This document shows positions 44,961-59,049 of a stretch of 64,000 bases of DNA, piece after piece. Each line of letters starts with the position of its first letter. Within the stretch, counting starts at the first letter, position 1. A program made the translations under genes and the position numbers. Under the pieces are notes generated by a model, which was given only the letters and a program-made list of their open reading frames with translations, did no database searches and had not been told where the DNA came from. The stretch is from Octopus vulgaris (Eukaryota). Where the stretch lies: positions 15,252,001 to 15,316,000 of the forward strand of contig OX597821.1 in NCBI GenBank assembly GCA_951406725.2, written 5' to 3'.

Positions 44961-45517
44961 GAGCGATAGAGCAGTGCATGCCATCAAAGTGACACTGGGT
45001 AAAAATATACGAAACCAAGAATGCCCATCATGACTACACCTCTGAAAAGGATACACTAGGCACATGCATCACAACTATATGTGTGCGACATGGTGGTCTC
45101 CTATCAAGATAAACAGCACATGACTTTGCAGTTGGGGCCCAGTTAGAATGTTCTTCTGGTCGAGTAACCCATCCCGCTCAAAGGGTCCCTGAATAAGGTT
45201 GTTTAAGGATGTTGAACGAAACACCCATGTTTCCAGAGGTGAAATATTCAAACCCCAAAGAATCCCTCTCAACAAATGGCTATGATGCTCCCCTACCACT
45301 TCTGCTCCTGATCGGAGATGCACATATTGTCAGCCACTAAGGGACATGGTCAAATGGTTAAGGTCAAGCAACTGACAAGCAAATCCGTAGTATTGAGCAA
45401 AATATTTGCTGTAGCACATCTTTTATACCAAAATAAAACAATGTACATGATAACATTTCCAATCAGTTAAGATCAGAAGCCATGATAGTCGCTGCCTGGT
45501 ATTGCATCATGGCATTT
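44961..45517. mobile_element. Unclassified insert bracketed by (ATT)n
   Basis: Higher-GC non-coding block with ATT arrays on both sides; single copy in this window. Confidence 0.4.
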
Positions 45518-45537
45518 ATTATTATTATTATTATTAT

Positions 45538-45752
45538 TACTCTTTTACTCTTTACTCTTTTACTTGTTTCTGTCATTTGACTGCGGCCATGCTGGAGCAC
45601 CACCTTTAGTCGAGAAAATCGACCCCGGGACTTATTCTTTGTAAGTCCAGTACTTATTCTATCGGTCTCTTTTGCCGAACCGCAAAGTTACGGGGACGTA
45701 AACACACCAGCATCGATTGTCAAGCAATGCTAGGGGGACAAACACAGACACA

Positions 45753-45818
<66 letters not shown>

Positions 45819-45987
45819 GATAGATATAGATATATGCGACAGGTTTCTTTCAGTTTCCGTCTACCAAATCCACTCACAAGGCATTGGTCGGCCCGGGGCT
45901 ATAGCAGAAGATACTTGCCCAAGATGCCACGCAGTGGGATTGAAACCAGAACCATGTGGTTGGTTAGCAAGCTACTTACCACACAGC
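45538..45987 (-). mobile_element. SINE family B inserted in (ATT)n
   Basis: Homology to other copies. Confidence 0.9.
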
Positions 45988-46033
<46 letters not shown>

Positions 46034-46237
46034 GATGAATTTATATTTGATTCTGTGAAGTCTTATATTAAAACAGTTTACGAATTTCAGAAAAGTGTTC
46101 CCTCTCTAAGTTGTTGGCTTCAGAATCGTATCTAACCTATTTCAATATTTAAGAACTACGTTGTTCCTCTGTACTCTCTAACTACGATGATGATATCTAG
46201 ACTCTTAACCAAAACAATAACCAGTATTTGTTTTCAT

Positions 46238-46376
46238 TCTTTTACTCTTTTACTTGTTCCAGGCATTTGACTGCGGCAATGCTGGAACATCGCCGCTGTT
46301 TGAGCAAATCGATCCCAGGACTTATTCTTTGTAAGCCTAGTACTTAGTCTATCAGCCTCTTTTGCTGAACTGCTGA
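46238..46376 (-). mobile_element. SINE family B, 3' fragment
   Basis: Tail homology. Confidence 0.75.
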
Positions 46377-46576
46377 ACTTTGTAACTTTAGTATTTAAAC
46401 CAGTCAGTCATATCAGGGCAAATATTCTACCGGTATTGTTTTCTTATAACCTGCCGAATCTGGCCTATCAAACCTACCCTATAATGTCATTGTAAAATGA
46501 AGCTACAAAATAATGCATAATTGAACACCATTTGAATAAATAAGCATTGCATTTGACTGAATGATCTGAATGCTAT

Positions 46577-46741
46577 GGGCGCAGGAGTGGCTGTGTGGTA
46601 AGTAGCTTGTTTACCAACCACATGGTTCCGGGTCCAGTCCCACTGCGTGGCACCTCGGGCAAGTGTATTCTACTATAAGCCTCGGGCCGACCAGAGCCTT
46701 GTGAGTGAATTTGGTAGGCGGAAACGGAAAGAAGCCTGTCG

Positions 46742-46791
<50 letters not shown>

Positions 46792-46998
46792 CGTGTATGT
46801 TTCTGTTTGTCCCCCTAGCATTGCTTGACAACCGATGCTGGTGTGTTTATGTCCCCGCCACTTAGCGGTTCGGCAAAGAGACCGATAGAATAAGTACTGG
46901 GCTTAGAAAGAATAAGTCCCGGGATCGAGTTGCTCGATTAAAGGTGGTGCTCCAGCATGGCCGCAGTCAAATGACTGAAACAAGTAAAGAGTAAAGAG
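46577..46998 (+). mobile_element. SINE family B, full length
   Basis: Homology to other copies. Confidence 0.92.
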
Positions 46999-48344
46999 GA
47001 GTATGTTTGAATTAAGTAAAACCAAATAAGTTGGAAATAATGGTTGAGACAGTTGTTAGAGCATTGTTAAGAATGACCCATGGCATTTGATCTGATAGTC
47101 TACATTCTAAATCTGAATACCGCGAAAATCAACCTTGACCTTTATAATTTTGGGGATCTTAAAAAATGTGTATGGGGGGGGGGTCGAAACTGAACTACTT
47201 GCAGTATTTGTGCCGACTCTTAGCATTTTCAATTCAAATTTCAAAATATACCGAATTATATCACCGCCTGAATCGTGTAGAGTTTTAGCAGAGGTCACAG
47301 TGCTGGATGCATTCAGTCCAGATCTCCAGTATGAAGATACCTTTCAACCAATATTCCGTCAGTCTCCGAACACCTATAAAGGGTCATGAGAAAAGCCTTT
47401 CTTCTTGACTAAAAGGGAAAAAAAACCACTAGTTCACTAGCTGCAACTGAAGTAGATTCCTCGTATTAAAAGATTTCTGTAATATCATAATTCTACTAGC
47501 TGTCTCAATTCGCGCTAAATACGATAAATCTGTATCTTCATAACCTGGTGCATTTAAATGATGCTATTATATGTTCTATTTTAAATACTGTCATATTCTC
47601 TATCTAATCTCTAACTGATTCACTTAACCTCCAGCTGAAAATATTATAACGGTAATTTATTACTGAAACCACTAGAGTATTGAAATGTATTCCCTTATTT
47701 TTGGCATCTAATTCAATTGTAAGTATTAATTTAACCTCTCTAAAATATTACTTCCGAATATTTTTTTAATATATTTTCTAGTAGTTTTGTAGCTACAGTA
47801 GTTATTGTTATTATTATTAATATTATCATAATCATCCTCCTCCTCGTTATTATTGATTTTCATTCTGGTTATATCATTATTAGATATCAGTCGTAGTAGT
47901 AGAAACAGTTATAGTGGTAGCAGCAGCAGCTACAGAGGCGGTAGTATATTGATGATGATATAGATTATTTTCAAAGTCAATTCCAATTAGCGAAACGTTA
48001 TAGTAAATTCAATTGACTCCAATATCTTAATGGCATACGAATATTTTATCAAAATGTATTATGCCAAAAAACAAAAAAAAAAACAAACAAAAAATGAAAG
48101 GAAAAGAATACGTCATCAGCATTTTCTAAAATTTTCTAGTAACTTACCAGCTGACAAGCCCATATATGCATATATAGGAAGATGTTAATTTAAGGTTGTT
48201 ATTTTCATGGAAGTGTGGGAAGAATAGCTGAATATTCACAGGTGGGAAAACTCAATATTAAAAGTAGAGTCAAAATATCAAGATAATGGCTTTGAATGTG
48301 AATTTTACTTTCTTCGGAAGGAATAGTGAAACTGTCCGCGTGAA

Positions 48345-48563
48345 ATAATGATTTCAAATTTTGGCACAAGGCTAGCAATATTGGGAATGGGGTTAAGTCG
48401 ATTACACCGACCCCACTGTTCCATTAGTACTTGTTTTATGGACCCCGCAAGGATGAAAGGCAAAGTCAACCTCAGCGGAATTTGAACTCAGAACGTAGTG
48501 ACGGACGAAATGCCGCTAAACATTTTGCTTCCCAAGCTAATGATTCTGCCAGCTCACTGCCTT
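48345..48563 (-). mobile_element. SINE family A, variant tail
   Basis: ggatgaaaggcaaagtcaacctcagcggaatttgaactcagaacg. Confidence 0.85.
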
Positions 48564-48877
48564 AATTCGGTTGAAATAATTTCAGACGATATTTAACATT
48601 CCATGCACTGTGCAGGATATAACCGGTTGCAAATATTTGTGTGTAATGGTGTCTTGATCTCATGAGGATACGCACAACACACTGCGTGATGCCGTATATA
48701 ACCGATAAGCCATCATCAAATAAAATATCCCAGAGAATTGGTATTAACAAAACCGTAGCCTTTCAAATACGTGTGAATGTATTGCTTTTCTGAAATCTCT
48801 TATGACGAATAGCTGTTTTGACTGTTATAACTAGCTAAAAACACACTCACAAATATAGACGTATGGAGATTACATAG

Positions 48878-48990
48878 ATGTATGTATGTATATATGTATG
48901 TATGTATGCATGTATGTATGTATGTATGTATGTATGTATGTATGTATGTATGTATGTATGTATGTATGTATGTATGTATATGTGTTTGTG

Positions 48991-49024
<34 letters not shown>

Positions 49025-49146
49025 TGTATGTATGTATGTATGTATGTATGTATGTATGTATGTATGTATGTATGTATGTATGTATGTATGTATGTATGTA
49101 TGTATGTATGCATGCATGTATGTATGTATGTATGTATGTATGTATG
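48878..49146. repeat. (TATG)n microsatellite
   Basis: Direct reading. Confidence 0.97.
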
Positions 49147-49485
49147 TCATTGTTCAGTTTCATTTCAAAATTTCTTGCCAATAGAGACAGAACCGGTTTC
49201 TAATCTAGGTTCAAGGCTCTTTTATTAGCTTTATGAATGTCTTCTTACGTATATATTTGCATATCTAGACTTGCTCATATATAATTAAATAATAAACTTC
49301 TGGAAAGTTTCACAGATGGACTGAATCTTTAGTCTTCGAATTAGCTTTCTCCTTTCTAGTTTTGTGATGACTAATTTCTGAAGCTTGGTATTTACACAGT
49401 GTGTTTCATATCCTAGGGCCCCAATAATTAAAGGTATAAATCTAAACTTGTAACCTGGATATAGTGTAACTTCAGATTTCTCGAT
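49147..49485 (-). mobile_element. R4/Dong-like 3' fragment
   Basis: Homologous to 4691-5090; a second 40-bp 3' tip lies at 49529-49570. Confidence 0.8.
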
Positions 49486-49974
49486 ATTTCAGCGTATGTA
49501 TGTATGTATGTATGTATGTATGTATGTATGGCATTATTCAGTTTTATTTCAAGATTTCTTGCCAATAGAGAATATTCATTTATTTATTTATGATGCGTTG
49601 CTTTTAGTTTCCGTTTACCAATTCCATTCACAAGGTTTTAGCAGACCTCGCATTATAGCAGAAGGCACTTGCATAAGAAGTCACACAGAAGGACTGAAAA
49701 TGAAACCATGTTGCTGGAAAACAGCCATACCTGCGCTCATATTACGTAGAATGCATCGAAGGATTGCGTAAAGTTTTCTCTCTTCGTCTCACTGATCGAG
49801 AGTTTGAGTTTTTGCTTGATTTAAGCATTACAAATATGAAAGACACACACACACTCACAAACACACACGCATACAAACAAACACACACGCATACAAACGT
49901 ACACACGGACGCACATACACATACATGAAATGGTGCATCGTTATTGTTCTGGAGGAAGAAGTAACAGGTATTGC

Positions 49975-50202
49975 GGTGAGCTGGCAGAAACGTTAGCATG
50001 TCGGGCGAAATGCTTAGCGGTATTTCGTCTGCCGCTACTTTCTGAGTTCAAATTCCGTTGAGGTCGACTTTGCCTTTCATCCTTTCGGGGTCGATAAATT
50101 AAGTACCAGTTACGCACTGGGGTCGATGTAGTCGACTTGATACCTATGTCTGTCCTTGTTTGTCCCCTCTATGTTTAGCCCCTTGTGGGTAATAAAGAAA
50201 TA
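49975..50202 (+). mobile_element. SINE family A with 9-bp TSD
   Basis: aggtattgc at 49966-49974 and 50202-50210. Confidence 0.92.
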
Positions 50203-50602
50203 GGTATTGCTTTCTTTGTAGTTCTTCTGATGCCAGCAATTAACGTTCTCAGTCATTTGCAGATTGAAGACGGAAAAGGAAATTATGTCAACGGAAGGAA
50301 TGAGAAAAATTCGAAAATCTTGAAAGAAAGGATTGAATATATTGGTGAATACGAAAGATGTGGGAAACGTAGGATAAAGAATGTGGAGATGAGGTGAAAC
50401 TGCAAACAGGAATAACTAAACGGCATTGGCTTGAAACCAAGCAAGCTGCAAATATTTACTCTATGCAAATGAGGTAGGTTTGAGAAATATGTGATGCGAA
50501 GTGTGCATTTATTGCTGTGTATATGTGTGTTTTTATTTAAAAAAACTCGATGTCACGTTCAACAGGTGGTAGATGATGAAGAGTGAGAAGGAGAAAATGT
50601 AA

Positions 50603-51170
50603 GAGAAGAAGAAGACGAAGACGACGAAGAAGACGATGAAGAAGAAGACGACGACGAAGACGAAGAAGAAGAAGAAGAAGAAGAAGAAGAAGAAGAAGAA
50701 GAAGAAGAAGAAGAAGAAGAAGAAGAAGAAGAAGGAGAAGAAGAAGAAGACGAAGAAGAAGAAGAAGAAGGAGAAGAAGAAGAAGAAGAAGACGAAGAAG
50801 AAGAAGAAGAAGAAGAAGAAGAAGAAGACGACGACGAAGACGATGAAGAAGAAGAAGAAGAAGAAGAAGAAGAAGAAGAAGAAGAAGGAGGAGGAGAAGA
50901 AGAAGAAGAAGACGAAAAAGATGAAGAAGAAGACGACGAAGAAGAAGAAGAAAAAGAAGACGAAGACGAAGAAGAAGAAGAAGAAGAAGAAGACGACGAA
51001 GACGAAGAAGAAGAAGAAGAAGAAGAAGAAGAAGAAGAAGAAGAAGAAGAAGAAGAAGAAGAAGACGACGACGAAGACGATGAAGAAGAAGACGACGACG
51101 AAGAAGGAGAAAGAATGCGTAGAGGATGAAGAAGAAACAAATACGAAAAAGAAGACATAGAAGAAGAAAA
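50603..51170. repeat. (GAA)n purine-rich tract with GAC/GAT/GAG interruptions
   Basis: Direct reading; source of the poly-S and poly-K ORFs. Confidence 0.97.
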
Positions 51171-52080
51171 AAGAAAGAAAGACAGAACGAATAACTAAGT
51201 GAATGATTTTAATAAAGTGTTCAAGAAAATGACAGGATAAGAGAATGAGAGAATTGTAGATATAGCGTTATCAAAAGCAACTTCCGGTAGCAAATATATC
51301 AGGGTTTATTAAATATGAAAAAAAATAAACAAAAGAACTTCTTTGCAATTATGAAATGTTATCGATTTCAGAATCATGTGATGATAGTTCACGTAGTTCT
51401 TTTATGTACACGATTTTATATTGTATGTTTTGTAATTAAGTAGATTAATGTTGCTGGTTTTGAGCATAAGTAAGACCAGTTGTTTCATCGGAGTACTGTT
51501 ACTTCATAGTCGACATCTATTGCATTTTATATTACGACGGAAAGGAATAAAAAAAAAGAGTATTCAAAGTATCTCAGCAAAGTATGGACATCAGTGTTAC
51601 CTTCACCTCCCACAAAAGAATAGTTTTAAGAATTTGCAAATGTTCAGATTCTGTTGACACACCTTAAATGTTCTGACTTTGTCATTACGCTCATTAATGA
51701 AGCTCTTGAATGGGCTTTTTCTATCCTTTAGAAATAGCAGCCAAATCGCCTACAAATCACGCCCTATACCACAAAGGTTTAGAAAAATGTTAGGTCTTTA
51801 GAACATTCATAGTAATTCTTGAGCGACTTGAGAAAAAAGGTGTTAATCATAATTATGACTAAGCAAGCGAAGGAAATAAAGACTACGCATATATGTATGT
51901 ATGTATGTTTCAAAGTTCCAAATGTGAATTTATCTGTGTTAACTACACCACAAAGATGGAGTTTTGTAACTTTGTTGGGGACCGGCCTCCTCCTGAATGG
52001 ACGATTTATAATAATTAAAAATTAGAAGCCATACATACATACACACATACATATACAAATGTGCGTGTATACACACTCAA

Positions 52081-52117
<37 letters not shown>

Positions 52118-52129
52118 CATACACACACA

Positions 52130-52223
<94 letters not shown>

Positions 52224-52611
52224 ATTATTTATTTATTTATAGTGTACCATTGCTCAAATCTCCTACAACATTCGGAAATCTGTACTAGACTCCTATATTA
52301 GGACCCTACAATCAGAAGTACAGAAATATAGGTGCTCACCCTTTTGTACAAATTGAAGGTAAATGGAAGCTGGATAATGATGGAAATTTATTGAGAGTGG
52401 CAAAAAAGTAAAATTAATTATTCTAATTTTAATAGCATTAGCTGCTAATAGTACGCTTTATAATAACCATCAATTTATCGAATTTCTTAGAAATTTCAAT
52501 ACGGGAAACAGTTTGTAACTCTCGATGGCAATGAAATTTTATTGTATCTTATCGTGTACAGCCGTCTGCTGCTTGAAGCTTAAAAACTTCCTACTTTGCG
52601 ATCTCTGTATC

Positions 52612-52672
<61 letters not shown>

Positions 52673-53246
52673 AACAGATACACACAAACGCACACCAACA
52701 CAAATATATACATACATTCCATTCCATAATGTAGTCTTCCATAATTTTAAAATAATGAATTCGTAGACTTGTTCAATCAAAACGTCTTTAGGGCTAAGGA
52801 ACAACATCAAAATATTAATTTTCACCTCAGATAATTAGCCATAAACCTGCACTGACAGAACATATATGTTTATCTCTCATGAGAGTGATTGTTTATGGAG
52901 CGATAAACAAATAGTATAGTGAATGATATTAATGAATATTGTATAGTATAAAAATAAATATGACGCTTAGATATATTTGTTTGGTATAATATACGGCAGT
53001 AATATGATACTACAGGATATGAATGGTTTGATAAATAACCTTGATGATAAAATACTGGTCCCTTGGCTTTTAAAAGATCATAGCATCTAATTAATTATAA
53101 TTCCGCGCGAGTTTAGGTGTGGTTTTATGGAAATAAAGAGTTTCCAATTATCTGATCGACTTATTGTCAGACCAGACGAAGAGAAAAATATTTTAGTTAC
53201 TAATAGTAAAATGGTATTAATAACCTTTCTTTAAAGATATGGATAT

Positions 53247-53308
53247 GGCGGTGCCCCAGCATGGCCACAGCTCATGAGCTGAAACTGAAAAAATCAAAAA
53301 TCAAAATC
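53247..53308 (+). mobile_element. Isolated LINE/SINE 3' tail (CR1-type)
   Basis: ggcggtgccccagcatggccac agct-catg-agct gaaac + (aaaatc)n; compare 18915-18956. Confidence 0.7.
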
Positions 53309-53408
53309 ATTACTTTTTAACATTACTATTTGTAATCAGGCTGTTCGGGAAAATTTGGCATTTTGTATTCCCATTACTCATTTTATTTTTGGGAACAGTT
53401 TGATATGC

Positions 53409-53790
53409 TCATCATCATCATCATTGTCCGACCGTGGTCGAGACAATGGAATTTACCATGCTACGCCAGACTTCACGGTCCACCATGGCATTACGGAGGT
53501 CCAGTTGCTGGATGCCTGTATCCCTGGAGATTACATCAGGGTAGGAGAGTGTGCGCCCTCTGGTATTGCGGGTAGATGGCTTCCAGAGGAGAACAGTAGA
53601 AATTAACTCTTTTTCAGCTCTACAACAATGTCCAGCAAACTGGACTCTTTTACCTTTCACAAGAGATGACACAGGTGATAGTTTCCCATATATTTGCATT
53701 TTGGTTGGATGGCGCTTCCACGAGAGATTTTGAGCTCTCATAAGGAGGCGAGTGTAGGGTCCATCCAACCGCCTCTCAAGCTTCTCAAGT
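53409..53790 (-). mobile_element. 5'-truncated RTE-clade LINE (RT C-terminus)
   Basis: RRLDGPYTRLLMRAQNLSW..QFAGHCCR..LLWKP..RGR..AMVDREVWR; (TGA)n tail. Confidence 0.85.
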
Positions 53791-53984
53791 GAACAGTCAA
53801 CAACGTTTGAGTGCAAAAGAATTGAAGTTGTACTTGAGAAAGAATGGCATGGAGGTTTGGAAACCATCTAAATATCGGAAAGTGGTTACCCGTATCATAA
53901 TGACTCACGGCATGTATCACAATGCATTCATCATGACTGCTGCCTAATGCTCTGTTAACACTCCAAAGGCTATAAGACCTGACG

Positions 53985-54470
53985 TGAACATCATAGAAAC
54001 GAAGTTCATCCAAAATATGATGGTCTTTGGGTGTGCCTCCAGTTAGGATCGCACGATGGCGCCATCCTAACTTGATGTCTTTGTACAAGGTCTTAGACTC
54101 AATTCAGAGTGCTTCGTGAAGCTACTGGAGACTGTGGTCAATCCCTACTTTGAGATAGTTGTTGCTGGAAGGATATATGTAAGGCAGTAGGTTCGGCACA
54201 TTGTTATATCTCTGGGAAAGAATCAGAAATGGTTGTCGGAAATTTTTCACAAATTCACCAGCCCCAATTGTAATCACATTGATTATTATGTATGTGATGT
54301 AGTTGAGAAAGACACCAACTGTTCTGCCAGCAACATAAGGGCCGAGTTGGTCGCCAAGATCAAGATAATGTGTGAAGATATTCCTAAGGACACAGTGAGA
54401 AACGCATGCATCAGGTTCCAGAGCCGTCTGGAGGGCGTGATGGAAGCTGAGGGCAGCTAACTTGAATAAG
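53985..54470 (+). pseudogene. Tc1/mariner (DD37D/maT-like) transposase remnant
   Basis: MMVFGCASS..GLRLNS..LLETVV.P..VAGR.YV..QKWLSE..SPNCNHIDYYV..VVEKDTN..NAC.RF.SRLE.V.EAEG. Confidence 0.8.
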
Positions 54471-54631
54471 CTTTAATCTGTCAGCCATAATCTTCTAGAT
54501 ACTTTTTGAATTTTTAAAATATTTTAATTTTTTGGTGGGATATTATGTTTTCTCTTCCTTTTATGAAAACTCATATTTAACCCAAACAGCTCATTTTCTA
54601 TCTATCCATCCATCCATCCATCCATCCATCC

Positions 54632-54699
<68 letters not shown>

Positions 54700-54980
54700 G
54701 TCTGTCTGCCTGTCTGTATGTCTGTATATAAATATTCTGTAAATAATACTAACATGTTATAAGTTTAAATCTTTTCGGCGATCACCGTGCAATGGCCGAA
54801 GAAAACAGTCTAATATTGGAGCATATAAGCGCCAATACTAGAATATTTTCTTCTTTATTATTTCTGTAAATAATGATTTTATTATTTTTATTACTTCTGT
54901 AAAAATATTCTTCTTTTTCTTCTTCTTCTTCTTATTATTATTTGCAGAATTCTGAAGAACGACGCTGCTTACCATATATA

Positions 54981-55332
54981 TACTCTTTTACTTGCTTCAG
55001 ACTCTTCTGGAGCACCGCCTTTATTCGAACAAATTGGCTAAAAGGCTATGTGAGCCTAATATTTTTATCGGTCTCCTTTGTCGAAACGCTATGTTAAGGG
55101 AAAGTAAACACACCAATACCGGTTGTCAAGCGATAGCGGGGAAAAAAACAGACACACAAGTACATACACATACACAAGCACACACACATATAAACAACGG
55201 GCTTCTTTCAGTTTCCATGCACCAAATCCACCCACAAGGCTTTGGTCGTCCCAAGACAGCTGCACAAGATGCCACGCTGTGGAATTGAACATGGAATCTT
55301 GTGTTCCTTACCACACAGCCACTTTTGCGTCT
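54981..55332 (-). mobile_element. SINE family B, decayed
   Basis: Homology to other copies. Confidence 0.75.
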
Positions 55333-55464
55333 ATAAAAAAAGAAAATATACATATATACACGTATGTATATATGTATATATATATATATACACACATACA
55401 TACATATATATATATATATATGTATACATATACATAACTATGTATATAGACATGTATATATATA

Positions 55465-55889
55465 TCTTCTCTCTATATATAAACGGCAGTTTGTCTGTCT
55501 GTGTGTCTGTCAGGTTGTACCCTCACCCTTACCATGGCTTTCAACCGATTCTGATGAAACTTGACACACACATAGCCCAATGTCATAATTCAAAACTAAC
55601 GCAGCGAAAATTTTGAAAAGTTCTCCCAGTTCTGAAAAAAATCGATAAATTCGACATGGGGTCGAGAATCTAAGCATTTTATATGCAACACATTTTCTGT
55701 CTAGGGGACACAACTCGACCTTTTTATCGCCCAAAGGGACAGCTAGGAACATCGTATACACAGAAGTATTCGAGTGAAGGGAAGACATTGCAACCTACAC
55801 ATGCGCCTTCGTTCCCTAGAGGGAAAGGACTAGATTGGGATTAGTCGTTGCCTGCTATGGGCTCTTACATACCCGGGCTATGCTGCTAG
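55465..55889 (+). mobile_element. Non-autonomous Helitron (second family)
   Basis: A|TCTTCTCTCTATATATAAA start; (gtct)n near the 5' end; caaccgattctgatgaaacttg; ends tgCTAG|T. Confidence 0.75.
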
Positions 55890-56827
55890 TATATATATAT
55901 ATACAACTTCTTCGTCGAATTCTCTTTTTTTTCTTTTATCTTCTTTTTATCATTACTATTATTATTATTATTATTGTCATTATTATTATTATTACTATTA
56001 TTATTATTACTATTATTATTATTGTTATTATTACTATTATTACTATTATTATTATTACTATTATTATTATTGATATTATTATTATTATTATTAGTAGTAG
56101 TAGTAGTAGTAGTAGTAATTTTAGTAGTATTAGTTTCAGTAGTAGTAGTAGAACTAGTAGTGGTGATGGAGGTGGTGGTCTTCGTCGTGTTAGTGATAAT
56201 ATAATTATTTAATAGTTAAACAAGCCTTAGCTTTGATTTATGTATTCATTCCTTTCTTTTCCTTTTCTAGTTTCAATCCCTATATTGCACGCCGTGTAAG
56301 AATCTAACGAAAGGTCGCCATAACCAGATGATAGTATTCAGTTTACTTTGGGCTCTCTCTTTGCAAGTTCTATTTCTGAATATTTTTGTACTTGTTCTCT
56401 CTCTCTCTCTCCACCTCCCCCTTTATAGGCACGTGTGCTTCCATACATATATTTTATATACCATACACCGCTTTTCGGTTCACTTCGCGTTTAAATTTGA
56501 TGGAATTCTAACCAGTTTTTTTATAAAATATTAATAATACACACCTAAGATATTTTAACATTTAAAAATATTTAAAATAACTGAGCAAATAATTTTTTCT
56601 TGTGAGTTAAAAGCACCTAAAAATTTGTAAATTCCGATCGATTAAGCGTGGACTCATCGAACTCAGTAACTTAAGGAAGATAATGAAATGCGAACACAAA
56701 CACATAGACGCGCACACACACAGACAACCACGTGCATAGAAATATATGCATAAACATACTATACACATACAGATATATGCACACGTAGTCTCAAACATGT
56801 GTAGATATGTGTGTGTGTGTACCTATA

Positions 56828-56859
<32 letters not shown>

Positions 56860-56862
<3 letters not shown>

Positions 56863-56900
56863 CTTTAGATAGATAAATGTGTACATTATATATACATATG

Positions 56901-56937
<37 letters not shown>

Positions 56938-57038
56938 TTTAGATAGATAAATGTATACATTATATATACATATGTATGTATATATATATATATATATATA
57001 CTTTAGATAGATAAATGTATACATTATATATATATATG

Positions 57039-57085
<47 letters not shown>

Positions 57086-57190
57086 TTTAGATAGATAAAT
57101 GTATAGATTATATATATATATGTATGTATATATATATATATATACTTTAGATAGATAAATGTATACATTATATATATATATGTATGTATA
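56860..57190. repeat. Minisatellite, 5 units of ctttagatagataaatgtatacattat...(ta)n
   Basis: Units start near 56863, 56937, 57001, 57085 and 57145. Confidence 0.92.
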
Positions 57191-57224
57191 TATATATATA
57201 TATATGTATATATATTTGTATATG

Positions 57225-57255
<31 letters not shown>

Positions 57256-58241
57256 GTATATGTATGTATATATACGTATGTATGTATATTTATATATATA
57301 TATGTATATGTATGTATGTATATATATATATATGTATATGTATGTATGTATATATATATATATATATGTATATATATGTATATGTATATATATATATATG
57401 TATGTATATATATATATGTATATGTATGTATGTATATATATATATATATGTATATGTATGTATGTGTATATATATAAAATATATATATATATATACATAC
57501 CGACAGACCGATCGATAGAAAGCTGTGTGAAGGTGTTTGTGTTACATTGCGAGTGTATATACGTGTGTAGGTGTTTTCAATCATGCTTATGCACGCTTAA
57601 ATATACTATTGAGCGTTTGTATACAAAAAAAATTTACAAGTCGAGCGAGAAGCCGGAAGTGACGCTTCTATTGATTCTAAGTCAACCTATCTACACGACG
57701 AACTGCACATCATTATTTTGTTGTTTTATTTTATGAGAGAAACAATGGTGATGAGTATGATGATAACGATAATGAGAAAAAACGAAGCAGGTGAGGATGG
57801 CCATGGTGTAGTATTTATAATGTTAGGTTACCATCTACTTTGTACATCTAAAAGTGAGTTTTTTCTTATTTTTATTTCAGTTGTGCATAGTTCTAGAATG
57901 TACTAATAGCAGACGTTGTTAAGGAAATTGCAAGAAATTATGTTTAAAAAAAAAAAATTGTGTTCGCATATGTGTGAGTGGGTGTGTTTCTGCATGTGTG
58001 TGTCTGAATAAGCAAGCACACGCGCAAGCAAACACATGTATATAAACATGATACAAACATATCAGTCGTTATGCTTCCCGTTTCCTTTACCTTCAATGTG
58101 TTTTTCTCCTTTTTTTTTTACCACTGCGATCCTGAAGAAGAGCTAAATGATGAAACGATCAAGCCACATCTATTTTCATGAGCCTTCATTGAGTTTATAA
58201 AATAATAATTATGTTCTTATTTTTTACTTTGTCTTCATTAT

Positions 58242-58718
58242 TACTCTTACTTTTTTACTCTTTTACTTGTTTCAGTCATTTGACTGTGGCCATGCTGGAG
58301 CACCGCCTTTTAGTCGAGCAAATCGACCCCAGGACTTATTCTTTAGAAGCCTAGTACTTATTTTATCGGTCTCTTGTGCCGAACCGCTAAGTTACGGGAA
58401 CGTAAACACACTAGCATCGGTTGTCAAGCGATGTTGGGAGGACAAACGCAGACTCACAAACACACACATACATATATACATATATTGGCCTGCTCGCTTA
58501 GCCTGCGGTGTGGCGTCAATTAAAGGCTAAAACAATGCGAAGTGCCTTGTGACCAGCGATGTGTAGCAACATCTGATAGCCTGGTCGGTCACAGTGATCA
58601 CAGTGATATATATACATATATACGACGGGCTTCTTTCAGTTTCTGTCTACCAAATCCACTCACAAGGCTTTGGTGAGCCCGCGGCTATAGTAGAAGACAC
58701 TTGCCCAAGGTGCCACGA
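58242..58718 (-). mobile_element. SINE family B with nested SINE-C tail
   Basis: Homology; interrupted at its internal (TA)n. Confidence 0.88.
58485..58607 (+). mobile_element. 5'-truncated SINE C type-1 tail
   Basis: Matches 31325-31447. Confidence 0.9.
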
Positions 58719-58998
58719 CTCTCTCAAAAACATAAAAAAGATAAAATGATTTTGCATTATAATTTCTAAGATTCTGAATAAATTCAATATTTACGGCAAA
58801 CATAATTGGTATGCATACATACATACATACATACATATATACATATATACATATCATTCATAATTTTCTCAGGTACGGCGTGTCTCAGTCATACATTCTA
58901 AATGCGTGTGTATATACATGTATATTCACTTACATATATGTGTACGTTTATGGATATATATATATGTGTGTGTGTGTGTGTGTTTGTGTATGTGTGTG

Positions 58999-59041
<43 letters not shown>

Positions 59042-59049
59042 GTCTGCCA

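Noticed and set aside
50559-51160. Poly-Ser and poly-Lys ORFs
   Set aside because: GAA repeat artefacts with no other coding evidence
56860-57190. CRISPR-like repeat-spacer array
   Set aside because: Spacers are only (TA)n, the context is eukaryotic, and there are no cas genes
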